64,000 nt of DNA. It comes from Eubacteriales bacterium. Its GTDB lineage: Bacteria > Bacillota > Clostridia > Oscillospirales > CAG-272. A model generated the notes under the pieces. The model was not told the DNA's origin. It worked only from the letters and a program-made list of their open reading frames with translations, and made no database searches. Positions within the stretch are counted from its first letter, which is position 1. Each line of letters opens with the position of its first letter. The stretch lies in the NCBI GenBank assembly GCA_045643285.1, contig JAZUKN010000102.1:109996-173995 (forward strand), in the 5' to 3' direction. Below, piece after piece: positions 34,397-47,030 of this stretch. A program made the position numbers and the translations under genes.

Positions 34397-35194
34397 TCAC
34401 TTGCTTTCTTCATCTTTCTTGCCGAAGAAGTTTACGGCAAGCAGAAGAACGAGGATAACTACGACCATAAGAGCGCAGAGTGCGTACATACTGTACTTTA
34501 CTTCGTGCGCGGTCTGGTTGTAGACATAAAGCGGAAGCGTCTGGAAATCGGGAGACGATACGAAATGGCTTATTACGAAGTCGTCGAGAGAGAGCGTAAA
34601 GCCGAGCATCAGTCCCGAAATAACGCCGGGCATAACGAGCGGAAGCTCCACCTTGAAGAACGAGCGCGCAGGTGTGCAGCCGAGGTCAAGCGACGCCTCA
34701 GTCAGACTCTTGTCCATCTGCTGGAAACGCGGAAGAACGGAGAGAATGACGTACGGCAGGTTGAACGTCGTATGGGCGATGAGCATTGTTGTGAATCCGA
34801 GGCCCTTTATCGGAGAGAACGGGATCGACATAGACGCAACGAAGAGAAGCATCATCGAAACGCCCGTTACGATATCGGGGTTCATCATCGGGATGTTCGT
34901 GACGGACTGAACGGCAGTCTTGAAGTAACGCGAACGCATACGCGAGATGCCGAACGCCGCGAGAGTGCCGATGACTGTTGCGATAACAGACGAAGAAACC
35001 GCAAGGATAAGCGAATTCTTCAGTGCGTCAAGCGCAACGGGAGAGTGGAACAGCTCACCGTACCATTTGAGGGAGAAAGTCGAGAAATGGCTGAGCGAGC
35101 CTGCTTTGTTGAACGAGAAGAGAACGATAAGAATGATCGGTGCGTACAGAAGCGCGAAGACGATCCACATATAAACCTTTGATAAAGTTTTCAT
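34397..35194 (-). CDS. potC: spermidine/putrescine ABC transporter permease
   Basis: 6-TM BPD_transp_1 permease with an EAA-like loop (EASLDLGCTPARSFFKVELP). Confidence 0.85.
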   Translation of the reverse strand: MKTLSKVYMWIVFALLYAPIILIVLFSFNKAGSLSHFSTFSLKWYGELFHSPVALDALKNSLILAVSSSVIATVIGTLAAFGISRMRSRYFKTAVQSVTNIPMMNPDIVTGVSMMLLFVASMSIPFSPIKGLGFTTMLIAHTTFNLPYVILSVLPRFQQMDKSLTEASLDLGCTPARSFFKVELPLVMPGVISGLMLGFTLSLDDFVISHFVSSPDFQTLPLYVYNQTAHEVKYSMYALCALMVVVILVLLLAVNFFGKKDEESK

Positions 35195-36024
35195 ACGATG
35201 ATCTCCTCCTCTCCGTCATCCGAGAACTTGTTCATAACCGCAACGGATATGAGTATCAGTATCATCATAACGAGCGAGATCGCCGCGCCGATGTTGTATG
35301 TACTCTTGTTCTGGAACTGTCTTTCTATGGTATCACCGATAAGGTCGAACGAGCCGCCGCCGAGCTTCTGGGAAATATAGAACGTGCTGATCGACGGTAC
35401 GAATACCATTGTAATACCGGAAACGACGCCGGGGAGAGACAGCGGAAATACGACCTTAAACATCGTTTTCGTGCTGTTGCATCCGAGATCGCTTGCGGCT
35501 TCGAGGTATCTTTCGTCGAGCTTTGATATGCTCGTGTAGATAGGAAGTACCATATACGGCAGGAAATCGTATACCATGCCGAGGATCACCGCACCTGACG
35601 TGCCGATTATTTTTACCTTTCCGATGCCGATAGCTTCAAGCAGGGAATTGAACAGTCCGCCGTTGTCGAGAAGCGCCATGAGCGAATAAGTTCTGATAAG
35701 CAGGCTTATCCACATAGGGAGCATGAGAAGCACGACAACGAGCTTCTGTCTGCTCGGAGAAAGACGTGAGATAGCATAAGCGAGAGGGTAGCCGATAAGC
35801 AGACAGATCACAGTCGCTATCAGCGCGAAGCATACGGAAAGCACAAAAATGTGCGTGTAGCTGCCGAGACCTGTTATGTTGTCGAGAGTGAACGTTCCGT
35901 AGGAGTCAGTGAACGCAAAATAGATCACGAAGATGAGCGGAGCTATAATGAACAGCAAAGCCCATACAAGATGCGGAACGGATGCAAAGCTCTCGAGAAA
36001 AGAGCGTTTTTTCATCCCCGTCAA
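35191..36024 (-). CDS. potB: spermidine/putrescine ABC transporter permease
   Basis: 6-TM permease with the loop [20 protein letters not shown]. It overlaps both potA and potC by 4 nt. Confidence 0.85.
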   Translation of the reverse strand: MTGMKKRSFLESFASVPHLVWALLFIIAPLIFVIYFAFTDSYGTFTLDNITGLGSYTHIFVLSVCFALIATVICLLIGYPLAYAISRLSPSRQKLVVVLLMLPMWISLLIRTYSLMALLDNGGLFNSLLEAIGIGKVKIIGTSGAVILGMVYDFLPYMVLPIYTSISKLDERYLEAASDLGCNSTKTMFKVVFPLSLPGVVSGITMVFVPSISTFYISQKLGGGSFDLIGDTIERQFQNKSTYNIGAAISLVMMILILISVAVMNKFSDDGEEEIIV

Positions 36025-37172
36025 TCCTCCGTCACGCTGTCCTCAGCGTCTTCTTCATCGGACGAAGCATTGGAAAGCTCGTCAAATTCTTCGGAGTACG
36101 AGGAGTAGTCACCGAACATATTCGAGTATTCGGATTTTTTCATTACATGGATGGCGTCGGGATCTATCGAAAGACCGATAGTTTCGTCGGGCGCGCAGTA
36201 GTCCGTTGTCTGGATCATCCACTTGAATCCGTTTATGTCTACGATTATCTCCCAGTGAACGCCTTTGAACGTAACGGACGTTACAACGCCTTTCAGCATT
36301 CCCTTGTCGGGTGAAACGATGTCAACGTCTTCGGGGCGGACGACAACGTCCACTGACTCATTAGGCTCGAATCCTGCGTCGAGACAATCGAAGATATGTC
36401 CGGCGAATTTTGCTTTGAAGTCTGCGAGCATAACGCCGTCGAGAATGTTCGATTCACCGATGAAGTCGGCAACGAAGGCGTTTTTCGGCTCGTTGTAGAT
36501 ATCAGTCGGAGAGCCGATCTGCTGGATCTTGCCGTCTGCCATAACTACTATGGTATCGGACATCGAGAGGGCTTCCTCCTGGTCGTGCGTAACGTAAATG
36601 AACGTGATACCTGTTCTGTCGTGAAGTGCCTTCAGCTCGTTCTGCATATCCTTGCGGAGCTTTAAGTCAAGTGCGGAAAGCGGCTCGTCGAGAAGCAGGA
36701 CTTTCGGGTTGTTGATCAGTGCGCGCGCTATTGCAACACGCTGCTGCTGACCTCCGGAGAGCTTTTCGACCTTGCGTTTTTCAAAGCCCTTGAGGTTTAC
36801 AAGCTCAAGCATTTCGCGGACTCTTTCGACGATCTCTTTTTCGCCGACGTGCTTGACTCTCAGCCCGAATGCGACATTCTCGAACACATTGAGGTGCGGG
36901 AACAGGGCATAACGCTGAAAAATGGTGTTTACTTCGCGCTTGTACGAAGGAACACCACTCATGTCTTTTGAGTCAAAAAACACCTGTCCTTCGGTCGGTT
37001 CGAGGAAACCTGCGATAAGTCGGAGAGTCGTCGTTTTTCCGCAGCCTGAGGCTCCGAGAAAAGTGATGAATTCTCCGTCTTTTATCGACAGTGAGAGGTC
37101 GTCAAGGACCGTATCCTCACCGAATCGGACGGTGATGTTTTTCAGCTCGATGATATTCTTTTTGTTTTCCAT
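36021..37172 (-). CDS. potA: spermidine/putrescine ABC transporter ATPase
   Basis: Motifs [22 protein letters not shown] and [10 protein letters not shown], a TOBE-like C-terminal domain and an acidic tail. The start was set to the ATG at 37172 (SD AAAGGGGGA). Confidence 0.9.
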   Translation of the reverse strand: MENKKNIIELKNITVRFGEDTVLDDLSLSIKDGEFITFLGASGCGKTTTLRLIAGFLEPTEGQVFFDSKDMSGVPSYKREVNTIFQRYALFPHLNVFENVAFGLRVKHVGEKEIVERVREMLELVNLKGFEKRKVEKLSGGQQQRVAIARALINNPKVLLLDEPLSALDLKLRKDMQNELKALHDRTGITFIYVTHDQEEALSMSDTIVVMADGKIQQIGSPTDIYNEPKNAFVADFIGESNILDGVMLADFKAKFAGHIFDCLDAGFEPNESVDVVVRPEDVDIVSPDKGMLKGVVTSVTFKGVHWEIIVDINGFKWMIQTTDYCAPDETIGLSIDPDAIHVMKKSEYSNMFGDYSSYSEEFDELSNASSDEEDAEDSVTED

Positions 37173-37505
37173 TTTGCATCCCCCTTTGCGGCAAAAGACC
37201 ACGTATAGCCGTATTACAGCTCTGCGCGAACCCACACTCGACTAATCGCAGTCCCCGCAAAGAGTGTGTTACAAAACAGCTTCATAGCCGTTTGCAACTG
37301 CGATTTCTCAGATTTTTATTATCTCGGTTTTGTAAAAACTGCCGGGTGTGAACACCAAATATTCAGTTGTGAATCTCCCGCGTCTTTTTGCGCCACAGAC
37401 GGATACTGACTGTCTTTCGGTGGGCGGAGGAACACGGTATGATGTTTTGTAGATCCGACAGTCTTTGCACTATCGGACTTGTCAGCACAGATGCAAAAAT
37501 CGTGC
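37173..37505 (-). promoter_or_regulatory. long structured 5' leader of potABCD (unclassified candidate cis-regulatory RNA)
   Basis: About 330 nt lies between the promoter and the ATG. Three mutually exclusive perfect helices occupy the last 130 nt, and one of them abuts the SD. Confidence 0.45.
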
Positions 37506-37511
37506 GATAAA

Positions 37512-37540
37512 ATAATACTATGAATGTCGTAATTTGTCAA
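37512..37540 (-). promoter_or_regulatory. sigma-A-type promoter of the potABCD leader
   Basis: Minus strand reads TTGACA, 17-nt spacer, TATTAT. Confidence 0.55.
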
Positions 37541-37575
37541 TACATTTTTCATTATTTTTCCACAAAAAAATGTAT

Positions 37576-37612
37576 AAAAAAACACTGCATAACCCCTTGT
37601 ATTTATGCAGTG
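37576..37612 (-). terminator. intrinsic terminator after the obg-downstream gene
   Basis: The minus strand has a 10-bp perfect stem CACTGCATAA/TTATGCAGTG followed by T7. Confidence 0.8.
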
Positions 37613-37619
37613 TAGTGTA

Positions 37620-39988
<2,369 letters not shown>

Positions 39989-40015
39989 GATTACTCCTTA
40001 AAATGAAATTATGTA

Positions 40016-41209
40016 TCAGTCACCGAACATTTCACGGGCAAGATCGGATATGATTTTAATTCCGCGGACGATATCATCGTCGGACGGCATCGAATAGTTG
40101 AGACGGAACGAATCGGACGTTGCTTCCGTGTCGCAGTTGAACGCCGTACCCGGTACGACTGCGACCTTTCTTTTCAGTGCTTCACGGACAAATTCCGCCG
40201 AATCTTTTCCGTCTGGGAGAGTACACCAAATGAACAGACCGCCTTCGGGACGTGTGTATTTCACGCACTTCGGCATATTCTTGTCAAGCTCTGCGAGCAT
40301 CAGACCGCATTTCTGACGGTAGAGCGCCTGGATGTCCTTGATATGCGCGTCGAGGTCGCGTTCTGTCATATAGCGGTAGCAGAGCATCTGGAAGAAGATG
40401 TTCGTGTGAACGTCCTCGACCTGCTTTGCGACGACCATTTTCTGGATCACTTCGGACGGAGCGCACGCATATCCGATACGCATACCTGCCGAGAGTATCT
40501 TCGAGAAGGACGAGCAGTATATAACGATCCCGTCTTCGTCGAATGACTTGTAAGTCGGAATGTCTTCGCCTGCAAAGCGAAGCTCACCGTACGGGTTGTC
40601 CTCAACGATCAGCACGCCGTGCTTCTTTGCGATCTCGTAGACTTTCTTTCTGTTCTCAAGCGTCGAGCAGATACCTGCCGGATTCTGGAACGTCGGAATT
40701 ACGTAGATGAGCTTTATTCTGTCGTTCTCGGAAAGCGTTTTTTCGAGAATATCGGCGTCGATACCGTCGTCACGGAGCGGAACGCCTATCGGAGTAACGC
40801 CGTTCGAGCGGAAAGAGTTGAGCGAGCCGATGAACGACGGATTTTCGCAGACGATATAGTCGCCCTCGTTGCAGAACGTCTTGCACGCAAGCTCGATGCC
40901 CTGCTGACCTCCGGACGTGATTATCGTTTCGTCAAATTCTCTGCCGATTCCGAATTTGTCGTGGATACGTTTCTTTATAGCGTCTCTGAACGGCGGATAA
41001 CCCTCTGTGATGCTGTACTGGAGCGCGGCTGTCGAATCGTTCTCGAATATATCGGCGGAGATCTCGGCAAGCTCTTTAGCAGGGAAAGAAAGCGGAGACG
41101 GGTTGCCGGCTGCAAAGCTGATTATCGTTTTGTCGGAAAGAGATTTGAAAATCTCACGGATCGCCGACGGCTTGAGTTCTGCGAGTTTATTTGAAAAATT
41201 GTATTCCAT
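40016..41209 (-). CDS. PLP-dependent aminotransferase (class I/II fold)
   Basis: 397 aa with the SFSKILSAGMRIGY PLP-lysine motif. The substrate is unknown. Confidence 0.75.
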   Translation of the reverse strand: MEYNFSNKLAELKPSAIREIFKSLSDKTIISFAAGNPSPLSFPAKELAEISADIFENDSTAALQYSITEGYPPFRDAIKKRIHDKFGIGREFDETIITSGGQQGIELACKTFCNEGDYIVCENPSFIGSLNSFRSNGVTPIGVPLRDDGIDADILEKTLSENDRIKLIYVIPTFQNPAGICSTLENRKKVYEIAKKHGVLIVEDNPYGELRFAGEDIPTYKSFDEDGIVIYCSSFSKILSAGMRIGYACAPSEVIQKMVVAKQVEDVHTNIFFQMLCYRYMTERDLDAHIKDIQALYRQKCGLMLAELDKNMPKCVKYTRPEGGLFIWCTLPDGKDSAEFVREALKRKVAVVPGTAFNCDTEATSDSFRLNYSMPSDDDIVRGIKIISDLAREMFGD

Positions 41210-41355
41210 ACTGTATTATTCCTCACTTTTCGGTGAAATAAAATCTATAATATAATATTTTATCACAAAAAAAAAGGAAAAACAAGTATTTGTGTCCGAA
41301 AATCGGACGGGTGAATATATTTTATACCGAATTTTTCATAACTATTTGAAAACTA

Positions 41356-41384
41356 TTGTATTTTCCGTATTTTTATGGTAAAAT
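41356..41384 (+). promoter_or_regulatory. sigma-A-type promoter of hisS-aspS
   Basis: TTGTAT, 17-nt spacer ending in TGg, TAAAAT. The leader is only about 30 nt, so there is no T-box. Confidence 0.5.
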
Positions 41385-41418
41385 ACATTTTGATTCTAAA
41401 TAATATCCGGAGTATACT

Positions 41419-42681
41419 ATGGAAAAAATAATCAAACCGCGCGGCACGATGGACGTAATGGCACCTGACGTGTTCGCATGGAACTATATTGAAAAGAAAG
41501 TCCGCTCGGTCGCCGAACGTTTCGGCTTTACCGAGATCAAGACTCCTATGTTCGAGGAAATCGGACTTTTCAAACGCGGAGTAGGCGAAACAACCGACGT
41601 CGTCCAGAAAGAAATGTACTCGTTCACCGATAAGGACGGCACTGTCTACGCGCTCAGACCGGAGGGAACTGCCTCCGTTGCCCGTGCGATAATCGAGAAC
41701 GGCAAAGCGACAGATACACTTCCGCTAAAGTATTTCTACGTTATCAACTGCTTCCGCTATGAGAAGCCCGAAGCAGGACGGAGCCGCGAATTTGTGCAGT
41801 TCGGAACGGAAATGTTCGGCGCACCCTCTGCCGGTGCAGATTTTACGATAATCTCACTTGCAGACACCGTAATAAAAGAACTCGGACTCAAAAACATCCG
41901 TCTCCATATCAACTCTATCGGCTGTCCCGAATGCAGACCGAAGTACAGACAGATTCTTCGAGATTATCTCTTTGCGAACAAGTCCGAGCTTTGTGACACC
42001 TGTATCGACAGAATGGACGCAAATCCGCTCCGAGTGCTTGACTGCAAGAACGATTCCTGCAAAAAGATAGCGGAGAACGCACCGAAGACGATCGACCACC
42101 TCTGCCCGGAATGTCAGTCTCACATGAACGAGCTGAAAGCATATCTCGACGCATGCGGTATTGATTACGTCATCGACTCGCATATAGTCCGCGGACTTGA
42201 CTACTACACAAGAACGGTATTCGAGTTCATCGCGGAAGGTATCGGCGCACAGTCGACAGTATGCGGCGGCGGCAGATACGACGGACTCATGGAAGAACTC
42301 GGCGGCCCTAAAATGGCGGGCATCGGCTTCGGAATGGGAATCACCCGTCTCATCCTTGCAATGAAAGAAAGCGGTATTGAGATTCCCGCACTTGCAGTTC
42401 CCGAGCTTTATATCGCGTCAATGGGACAGGCGGCTGCCGTAAAGGGAGCGGAGATCACAACAGCTCTTCGTAAAGCCGGAATCAACGCCGAATGCGATAT
42501 TATGCAGAGAAGCCTCAAGGCTCAGATGAAATACGCCGACAAGATCGGTGCAAGATTTGTTTTAATGCTCGGCGACAGCGAGATCGAAAGCGGCAAAGGT
42601 ACGGTCAAAGAAATGGCGACGAGCGAGCAGACCGAAGTCGAACTTGACAAAATCGCAGAGTTTATCGCGTCAAAGCAGTAA
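41419..42681 (+). CDS. hisS: histidine--tRNA ligase
   Basis: Class II motifs (RPEGTASVAR, FRYEKPEAGRSREF, GGGRYDGL) and a C-terminal anticodon-binding domain. Confidence 0.95.
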   Translation: MEKIIKPRGTMDVMAPDVFAWNYIEKKVRSVAERFGFTEIKTPMFEEIGLFKRGVGETTDVVQKEMYSFTDKDGTVYALRPEGTASVARAIIENGKATDTLPLKYFYVINCFRYEKPEAGRSREFVQFGTEMFGAPSAGADFTIISLADTVIKELGLKNIRLHINSIGCPECRPKYRQILRDYLFANKSELCDTCIDRMDANPLRVLDCKNDSCKKIAENAPKTIDHLCPECQSHMNELKAYLDACGIDYVIDSHIVRGLDYYTRTVFEFIAEGIGAQSTVCGGGRYDGLMEELGGPKMAGIGFGMGITRLILAMKESGIEIPALAVPELYIASMGQAAAVKGAEITTALRKAGINAECDIMQRSLKAQMKYADKIGARFVLMLGDSEIESGKGTVKEMATSEQTEVELDKIAEFIASKQ

Positions 42682-42715
42682 ATTACAATAAAAATAATTT
42701 CCGGAGGAATTGAAA

Positions 42716-44050
42716 ATGGAAAGAACATATATCGGCGAAATCAGACAGAACCTTGACAAGCCCGTTCTTCTCCGCGGATTCGTTGAAAACTTCCGCGACG
42801 GCAAGTCCATGGCGTTCATCGTTCTCAAAGACATTACAGGAAAAGTACAGATCACGATCGAAAAAGAAAAGCACCCCGAAGTCCTCGATTCTCTCGTAGG
42901 ACTCACACCTGACTCCGTTATCTCCGTAACCGGCGTTGCTTATGAAAGCGAATACGTCAAAATGGGCGGCGTTGAAGTCATTCCCGAAAGCATAACAGTT
43001 GAGTCTGTTGCAACGGGACTTCCGATCATCAGAGAATATATCCCGGCAACGAAGAAATATCCCGCAGTTGAGAAGTCCGCTATCGACTCCCGCCTTGACT
43101 ACCGCTGGATCGACCTCAGAACGGATGCAAACCAGCTCATGTTCAAGGTACAGACCGCATTCGTCGGCGCAATGAGAAACTTTCTTCTCGAGAAAAACTT
43201 CATTGAGATCCACACACCGAAGCTCATCGGCGCGGCTTCCGAATCGGGTGCCGATGTATTCGAGGTAAAGTATTTCGACAGACAGGCATATCTTGCACAG
43301 TCGCCTCAGTTCTATAAGCAGATGGCTATGGCGGCAGGTTTTGAGAGAATATTCGAGGTAGGACCTGTGTTCCGTGCGGAAAAGTCCTATACATCAAAGC
43401 ACACGACTGAATTTACCGGTTTCGACCTTGAATTCAGCTATATCGAATCGTTCCGTGACGTTATGAAAATGGAGGAAGACCTCCTCACATACGCTCTCGG
43501 CGTTGTAAAAGAAAAATACGGCGACGCGATCAAGGAAACGTTCGGACTTGAAGTCATCGTTCCCGAAAAGCCGTTCCCGACAGTAAAGCTCGCAGACCTC
43601 TATGACGCACTCGAAAAAGAATACGGCTACGTTGTTCCGGAATCCGAAAAGGGCGACCTTACAACAGAAGCAGAACAGCTCTCCTACAAGTGGGTAAAAG
43701 AACACTACAACCACGAATTCCTTTTCATCACAGACTACAGTGCGGAAAAGCGTGCGTTCTATCACATGAGAGATGAAAATGGCGTTCCGATGGGTTACGA
43801 CCTCATCTGGCGTGGTGTTGAGATCACGACAGGCGCACAGCGTGAGCATAGATACGACGTTCTCGCAGCTCAGGCAAAGGAAAAAGGACTTGACGAAGAC
43901 GTTAAGTTCTATCTTGAATTCTTCAAGTACGGATGCCCGCCGCACGGTGGATTCGGTCTCGGCGTTGACCGTCTTACAATGCTCCTCTGCGGACTTCATA
44001 TCAATGAAGCAATGTTCCTCTTCAGAAGCCCGAAGAGACTTACTCCGTAA
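42716..44050 (+). CDS. aspS: aspartate--tRNA ligase, archaeal/eukaryal type (type 2, about 444 aa)
   Basis: OB-fold N-terminus, class IIb motifs FRAEKSYTSKHTTEF and GGFGLGVDRL, with no bacterial GAD insertion. The ATG at 42716 (SD GGAGG at 8 nt) is preferred over the TTG at 42710. Confidence 0.85.
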   Translation: MERTYIGEIRQNLDKPVLLRGFVENFRDGKSMAFIVLKDITGKVQITIEKEKHPEVLDSLVGLTPDSVISVTGVAYESEYVKMGGVEVIPESITVESVATGLPIIREYIPATKKYPAVEKSAIDSRLDYRWIDLRTDANQLMFKVQTAFVGAMRNFLLEKNFIEIHTPKLIGAASESGADVFEVKYFDRQAYLAQSPQFYKQMAMAAGFERIFEVGPVFRAEKSYTSKHTTEFTGFDLEFSYIESFRDVMKMEEDLLTYALGVVKEKYGDAIKETFGLEVIVPEKPFPTVKLADLYDALEKEYGYVVPESEKGDLTTEAEQLSYKWVKEHYNHEFLFITDYSAEKRAFYHMRDENGVPMGYDLIWRGVEITTGAQREHRYDVLAAQAKEKGLDEDVKFYLEFFKYGCPPHGGFGLGVDRLTMLLCGLHINEAMFLFRSPKRLTP

Positions 44051-44067
44051 TGATTTATCACAATATC

Positions 44068-44095
44068 AAGACTGTCTTTTGCGACAGTCTTTTTA
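44068..44095 (+). terminator. intrinsic terminator after aspS
   Basis: Stem AAGACTGTC/GACAGTCTT followed by a T-run. Confidence 0.8.
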
Positions 44096-44167
44096 TTTAT
44101 CTATAGACTTCTGAAGATTTGTGTGATATAATTGATTGAACGAAATGAACTAAAGGAGAAGAATAAT

Positions 44168-45733
44168 ATGGATCTCGCAAAAACCGTACTCGGAATAGAA
44201 CTCGGCTCAACAAGAATCAAAGGCGTTCTCCTCGATGAAAACAATAAACCCATAGCCTCAGGCTCGTTCGATTGGGAAAACCGACTTGTGAACGGAGTCT
44301 GGACGTATTCGCTCGACGAAGTTACGACGGGTATCAGACAGTGCTATGCCGGTATAAAGCGTGATGTGCGCGAGAAATTCGGCGAAACTCTTAAAACAGT
44401 AGGCGCGATCGGCATTTCCGGCATGATGCACGGCTATCTCGTGTTTGACAAAGAGCTGAATCTGCTCACGGATTTCCGTACATGGCGAAATACGATCACC
44501 GGAGAAGCGGCTGAAAAGCTCTCGTCTCTCCTTGATTTCAATATGCCGCAGAGGTGGAGCATCTCGCATCTCTATCAGGCTATCCTGAACAGGGAAGAAC
44601 ATCTGCCGCGCCTTGATCTGCTTACGACTTTATCGGGATACCTTCACCTACTTCTGACAGGCGAGAGAGTTGTCGGAATAGGGGAAGCATCGGGTATGTT
44701 CCCGATAGATCCCGAAACCTTGCAGTTTGACGCGCGCCGCGTTAAAATCGTTGATAAGCTCATCGAAGACGCAGGGTACACGTGGAGATTTGCCGATATA
44801 ATGCCGCGTGTCGCTCTTGCAGGAGAAAATGCAGGAACACTCACCGAAAGCGGCGCACTTTTCCTTGATCCCGACGGCGACTTGCAATCCGGTATACCTT
44901 TTGCACCTCCGGAGGGAGACGCAGGCACGGGAATGATCGCCACAAACTCCGTCAGAGTCGGAACGGCAAACGTCTCTGCAGGAACATCCGCGTTCGCTAT
45001 GTTCGTCGTTGAACATTCGCCGAAAGCACATCTCGGAATTGATATGATAACGACGCCGGCAGGGAAGACCGTGGCTATGGTACACTCGAACACCTGCACG
45101 ACCGATATTAACGCATGGGTAAATCTGTTCGGTGAAGTGACGGAAGCGGCAGGGGTCAATATCGACAAAGGAGAACTCTTCCCGATACTGTTCCGCAAAG
45201 CACTTGAGGGAAAAGCGGACTGCGGAGGCGTGCTTACATACAATATGTTCTCCGGCGAAGATGTAGTCGGACTGAACGAAGGCAGACCGATGCTTGTCCG
45301 TGAGCAGAACGCCGAAATGAATCTTCCGAACTTTATGCGCTCACTTCTTATGTCTGCTATGGCAACATTGCGGATCGGCGCTGATATTCTTAACGCGGAA
45401 GCACCGATAAAAGTTGAAAAGATCTGCGGTCATGGCGGTTTCTTCAAGACTCCCGAAGTCGGGCAGCGGATACTCTCGTCCGCATTTGCCGCGCCTGTTT
45501 CCGTACTTGAAACAGCGGGTGAAGGCGGTCCGTACGGAATGGCACTGCTCGCCGCATATATGCTCAGAAAGAGCGTCGGCGAATCGCTCGAAGACTTTCT
45601 CGACAAAGTTTTCGTCGACGCAAAAGAAACGACGGTTATGGCGACGCCCGAAGAAATCGACGGCTTTACAAGATATACCGGGCGGTACAGAAATGCGCTT
45701 GCAATTGAATTTGCGGCTATAAACGTAATCTGA
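44168..45733 (+). CDS. FGGY-family carbohydrate kinase (xylulokinase-like)
   Basis: GIELGSTRIKGVLLD N-terminal ATPase motif, about 520 aa. The start was set to the ATG at 44168 (SD AAGGAGAAG). Confidence 0.75.
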   Translation: MDLAKTVLGIELGSTRIKGVLLDENNKPIASGSFDWENRLVNGVWTYSLDEVTTGIRQCYAGIKRDVREKFGETLKTVGAIGISGMMHGYLVFDKELNLLTDFRTWRNTITGEAAEKLSSLLDFNMPQRWSISHLYQAILNREEHLPRLDLLTTLSGYLHLLLTGERVVGIGEASGMFPIDPETLQFDARRVKIVDKLIEDAGYTWRFADIMPRVALAGENAGTLTESGALFLDPDGDLQSGIPFAPPEGDAGTGMIATNSVRVGTANVSAGTSAFAMFVVEHSPKAHLGIDMITTPAGKTVAMVHSNTCTTDINAWVNLFGEVTEAAGVNIDKGELFPILFRKALEGKADCGGVLTYNMFSGEDVVGLNEGRPMLVREQNAEMNLPNFMRSLLMSAMATLRIGADILNAEAPIKVEKICGHGGFFKTPEVGQRILSSAFAAPVSVLETAGEGGPYGMALLAAYMLRKSVGESLEDFLDKVFVDAKETTVMATPEEIDGFTRYTGRYRNALAIEFAAINVI

Positions 45734-45846
45734 AATTATCAAATAACAGAAAACGGGAGCTATTTGTCACGGCTCCAGTTTTTGCATGAAAAAAGACCGC
45801 GGGATCAAATCCCACGGTCTTTTCGGTTTAGATTTATCCGACCGGA

Positions 45847-46944
45847 TCAATCGTAAACAAGGATTGCGATATCAGCGTTGTCGATGTTGGATGCGTCGTA
45901 CCACTTAGCACCTGTGTCGATGTCTGCAACTGCTTCGCCGTTAGCTGCCTTAACAGCCATTTCAACTGCCTTATAACCGATGGAGTACGGGTCCTGTGTA
46001 ACGGAACCGTAGAACCAGCCGTTACGAACAGCGTTCTTCTGAGCTGAACCTGCGTCGAAGCCTGCAACAACGAGACCTGCATACTTGCCGCCTTCAGCGA
46101 GAGCCTGACCGTCTTCAACTGCTGCGAGGAAGCCTGTTACAGCGCCTTCGTTGGAGCAGAATACTGCGGCGAGGTTGTCGAGAGCGAGAAGAGCGTTAGC
46201 AGAAGACTGAACGGATGTAGCTTCTGTTGTAGCGGAGATTTCAACTCTTACGATAATGGAAGCATTGTCAGCAGGTTTAGCCCACAGTGTGTGACCTTCA
46301 ACAGCTACAGTGCCGTACTGGGAAGCAACTTCAACCATTTTGTTGACGAAGCCGGTAGTTCTGCCTGTAACGGATGCGGAAACAGCGTCCTGAGAGAGGC
46401 AGGCGATAACGATCGGGTTTTCAGCCGTAGCTGCCTGCATCTTTGCTACGAGATCAGCGTTTTCGCCGAACTTTTCAGCTGCAAGAGCGGCTGCTGCTTC
46501 GTTGTTTGTGCAGGCTGTAGCCTTAACGGAACCTGTTGTGTCGCCGGGAACGCCGGAGTCGAAGCCGATTACCGGGATGTTCTTCTGAGCGCATTCTTCA
46601 AGGATCTCAAGAACTGCGTCTGTGGAAAGAGCTGCGAGAGCCATAGCCTTCGGGTTCTTAGCCATTTCTCTCTTAACCATGTCAACCTGTGCCTGGATTT
46701 CTGTTTCGGAAGCGGGGCCGTCGAAGTAGATGTCTACGCCGAGGTCTTTAGCAGCAGCTTCGGAGCCGGCTTTAACTGCCTGCCAGTACTGGTGCTGGAA
46801 ACCTTTTGCCATTACGGGGATATACATCTTTGCGGTCTGCTGTTCGCCTTCATTGCCGCCTTCATTAGCAGGTGTTTTGTTGCAGGCAACGAGTGCAACG
46901 GAAACGAGGAGAATTGCGAGAACGAGTGCAAGGATTTTCTTCAT
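45847..46944 (-). CDS. sugar ABC transporter substrate-binding lipoprotein (ribose/RbsB-like, Peripla_BP_4)
   Basis: Lipobox LVAC. The sequence resembles monosaccharide binding proteins. The start was set to the ATG at 46944 (SD GGAGGAAA). Confidence 0.8.
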   Translation of the reverse strand: MKKILALVLAILLVSVALVACNKTPANEGGNEGEQQTAKMYIPVMAKGFQHQYWQAVKAGSEAAAKDLGVDIYFDGPASETEIQAQVDMVKREMAKNPKAMALAALSTDAVLEILEECAQKNIPVIGFDSGVPGDTTGSVKATACTNNEAAAALAAEKFGENADLVAKMQAATAENPIVIACLSQDAVSASVTGRTTGFVNKMVEVASQYGTVAVEGHTLWAKPADNASIIVRVEISATTEATSVQSSANALLALDNLAAVFCSNEGAVTGFLAAVEDGQALAEGGKYAGLVVAGFDAGSAQKNAVRNGWFYGSVTQDPYSIGYKAVEMAVKAANGEAVADIDTGAKWYDASNIDNADIAILVYD

Positions 46945-47030
46945 GGGGTTTTCCTCCAATTAAATAATATTATTTGATAAACACACATTTTCATGCGTGT
47001 TCAGTCCGAAATAAAGTCAGCCGAAACAAA

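Noticed and set aside
33364-34458. 364-aa plus-strand ORF
   Set aside because: It is antisense to potD and the 3' end of potC. Its repetitive Val/Arg/Phe composition marks it as a shadow ORF.
37319-37585. 88-aa minus-strand ORF in the potA upstream region
   Set aside because: It starts upstream of the promoter, inside the preceding terminator, and has no SD. The region is better explained as a leader RNA.
41210-41418. Possible T-box upstream of hisS
   Set aside because: There is no GGUGGUACCGCG-type sequence, and the region is short and AT-rich. Only a promoter is supported.
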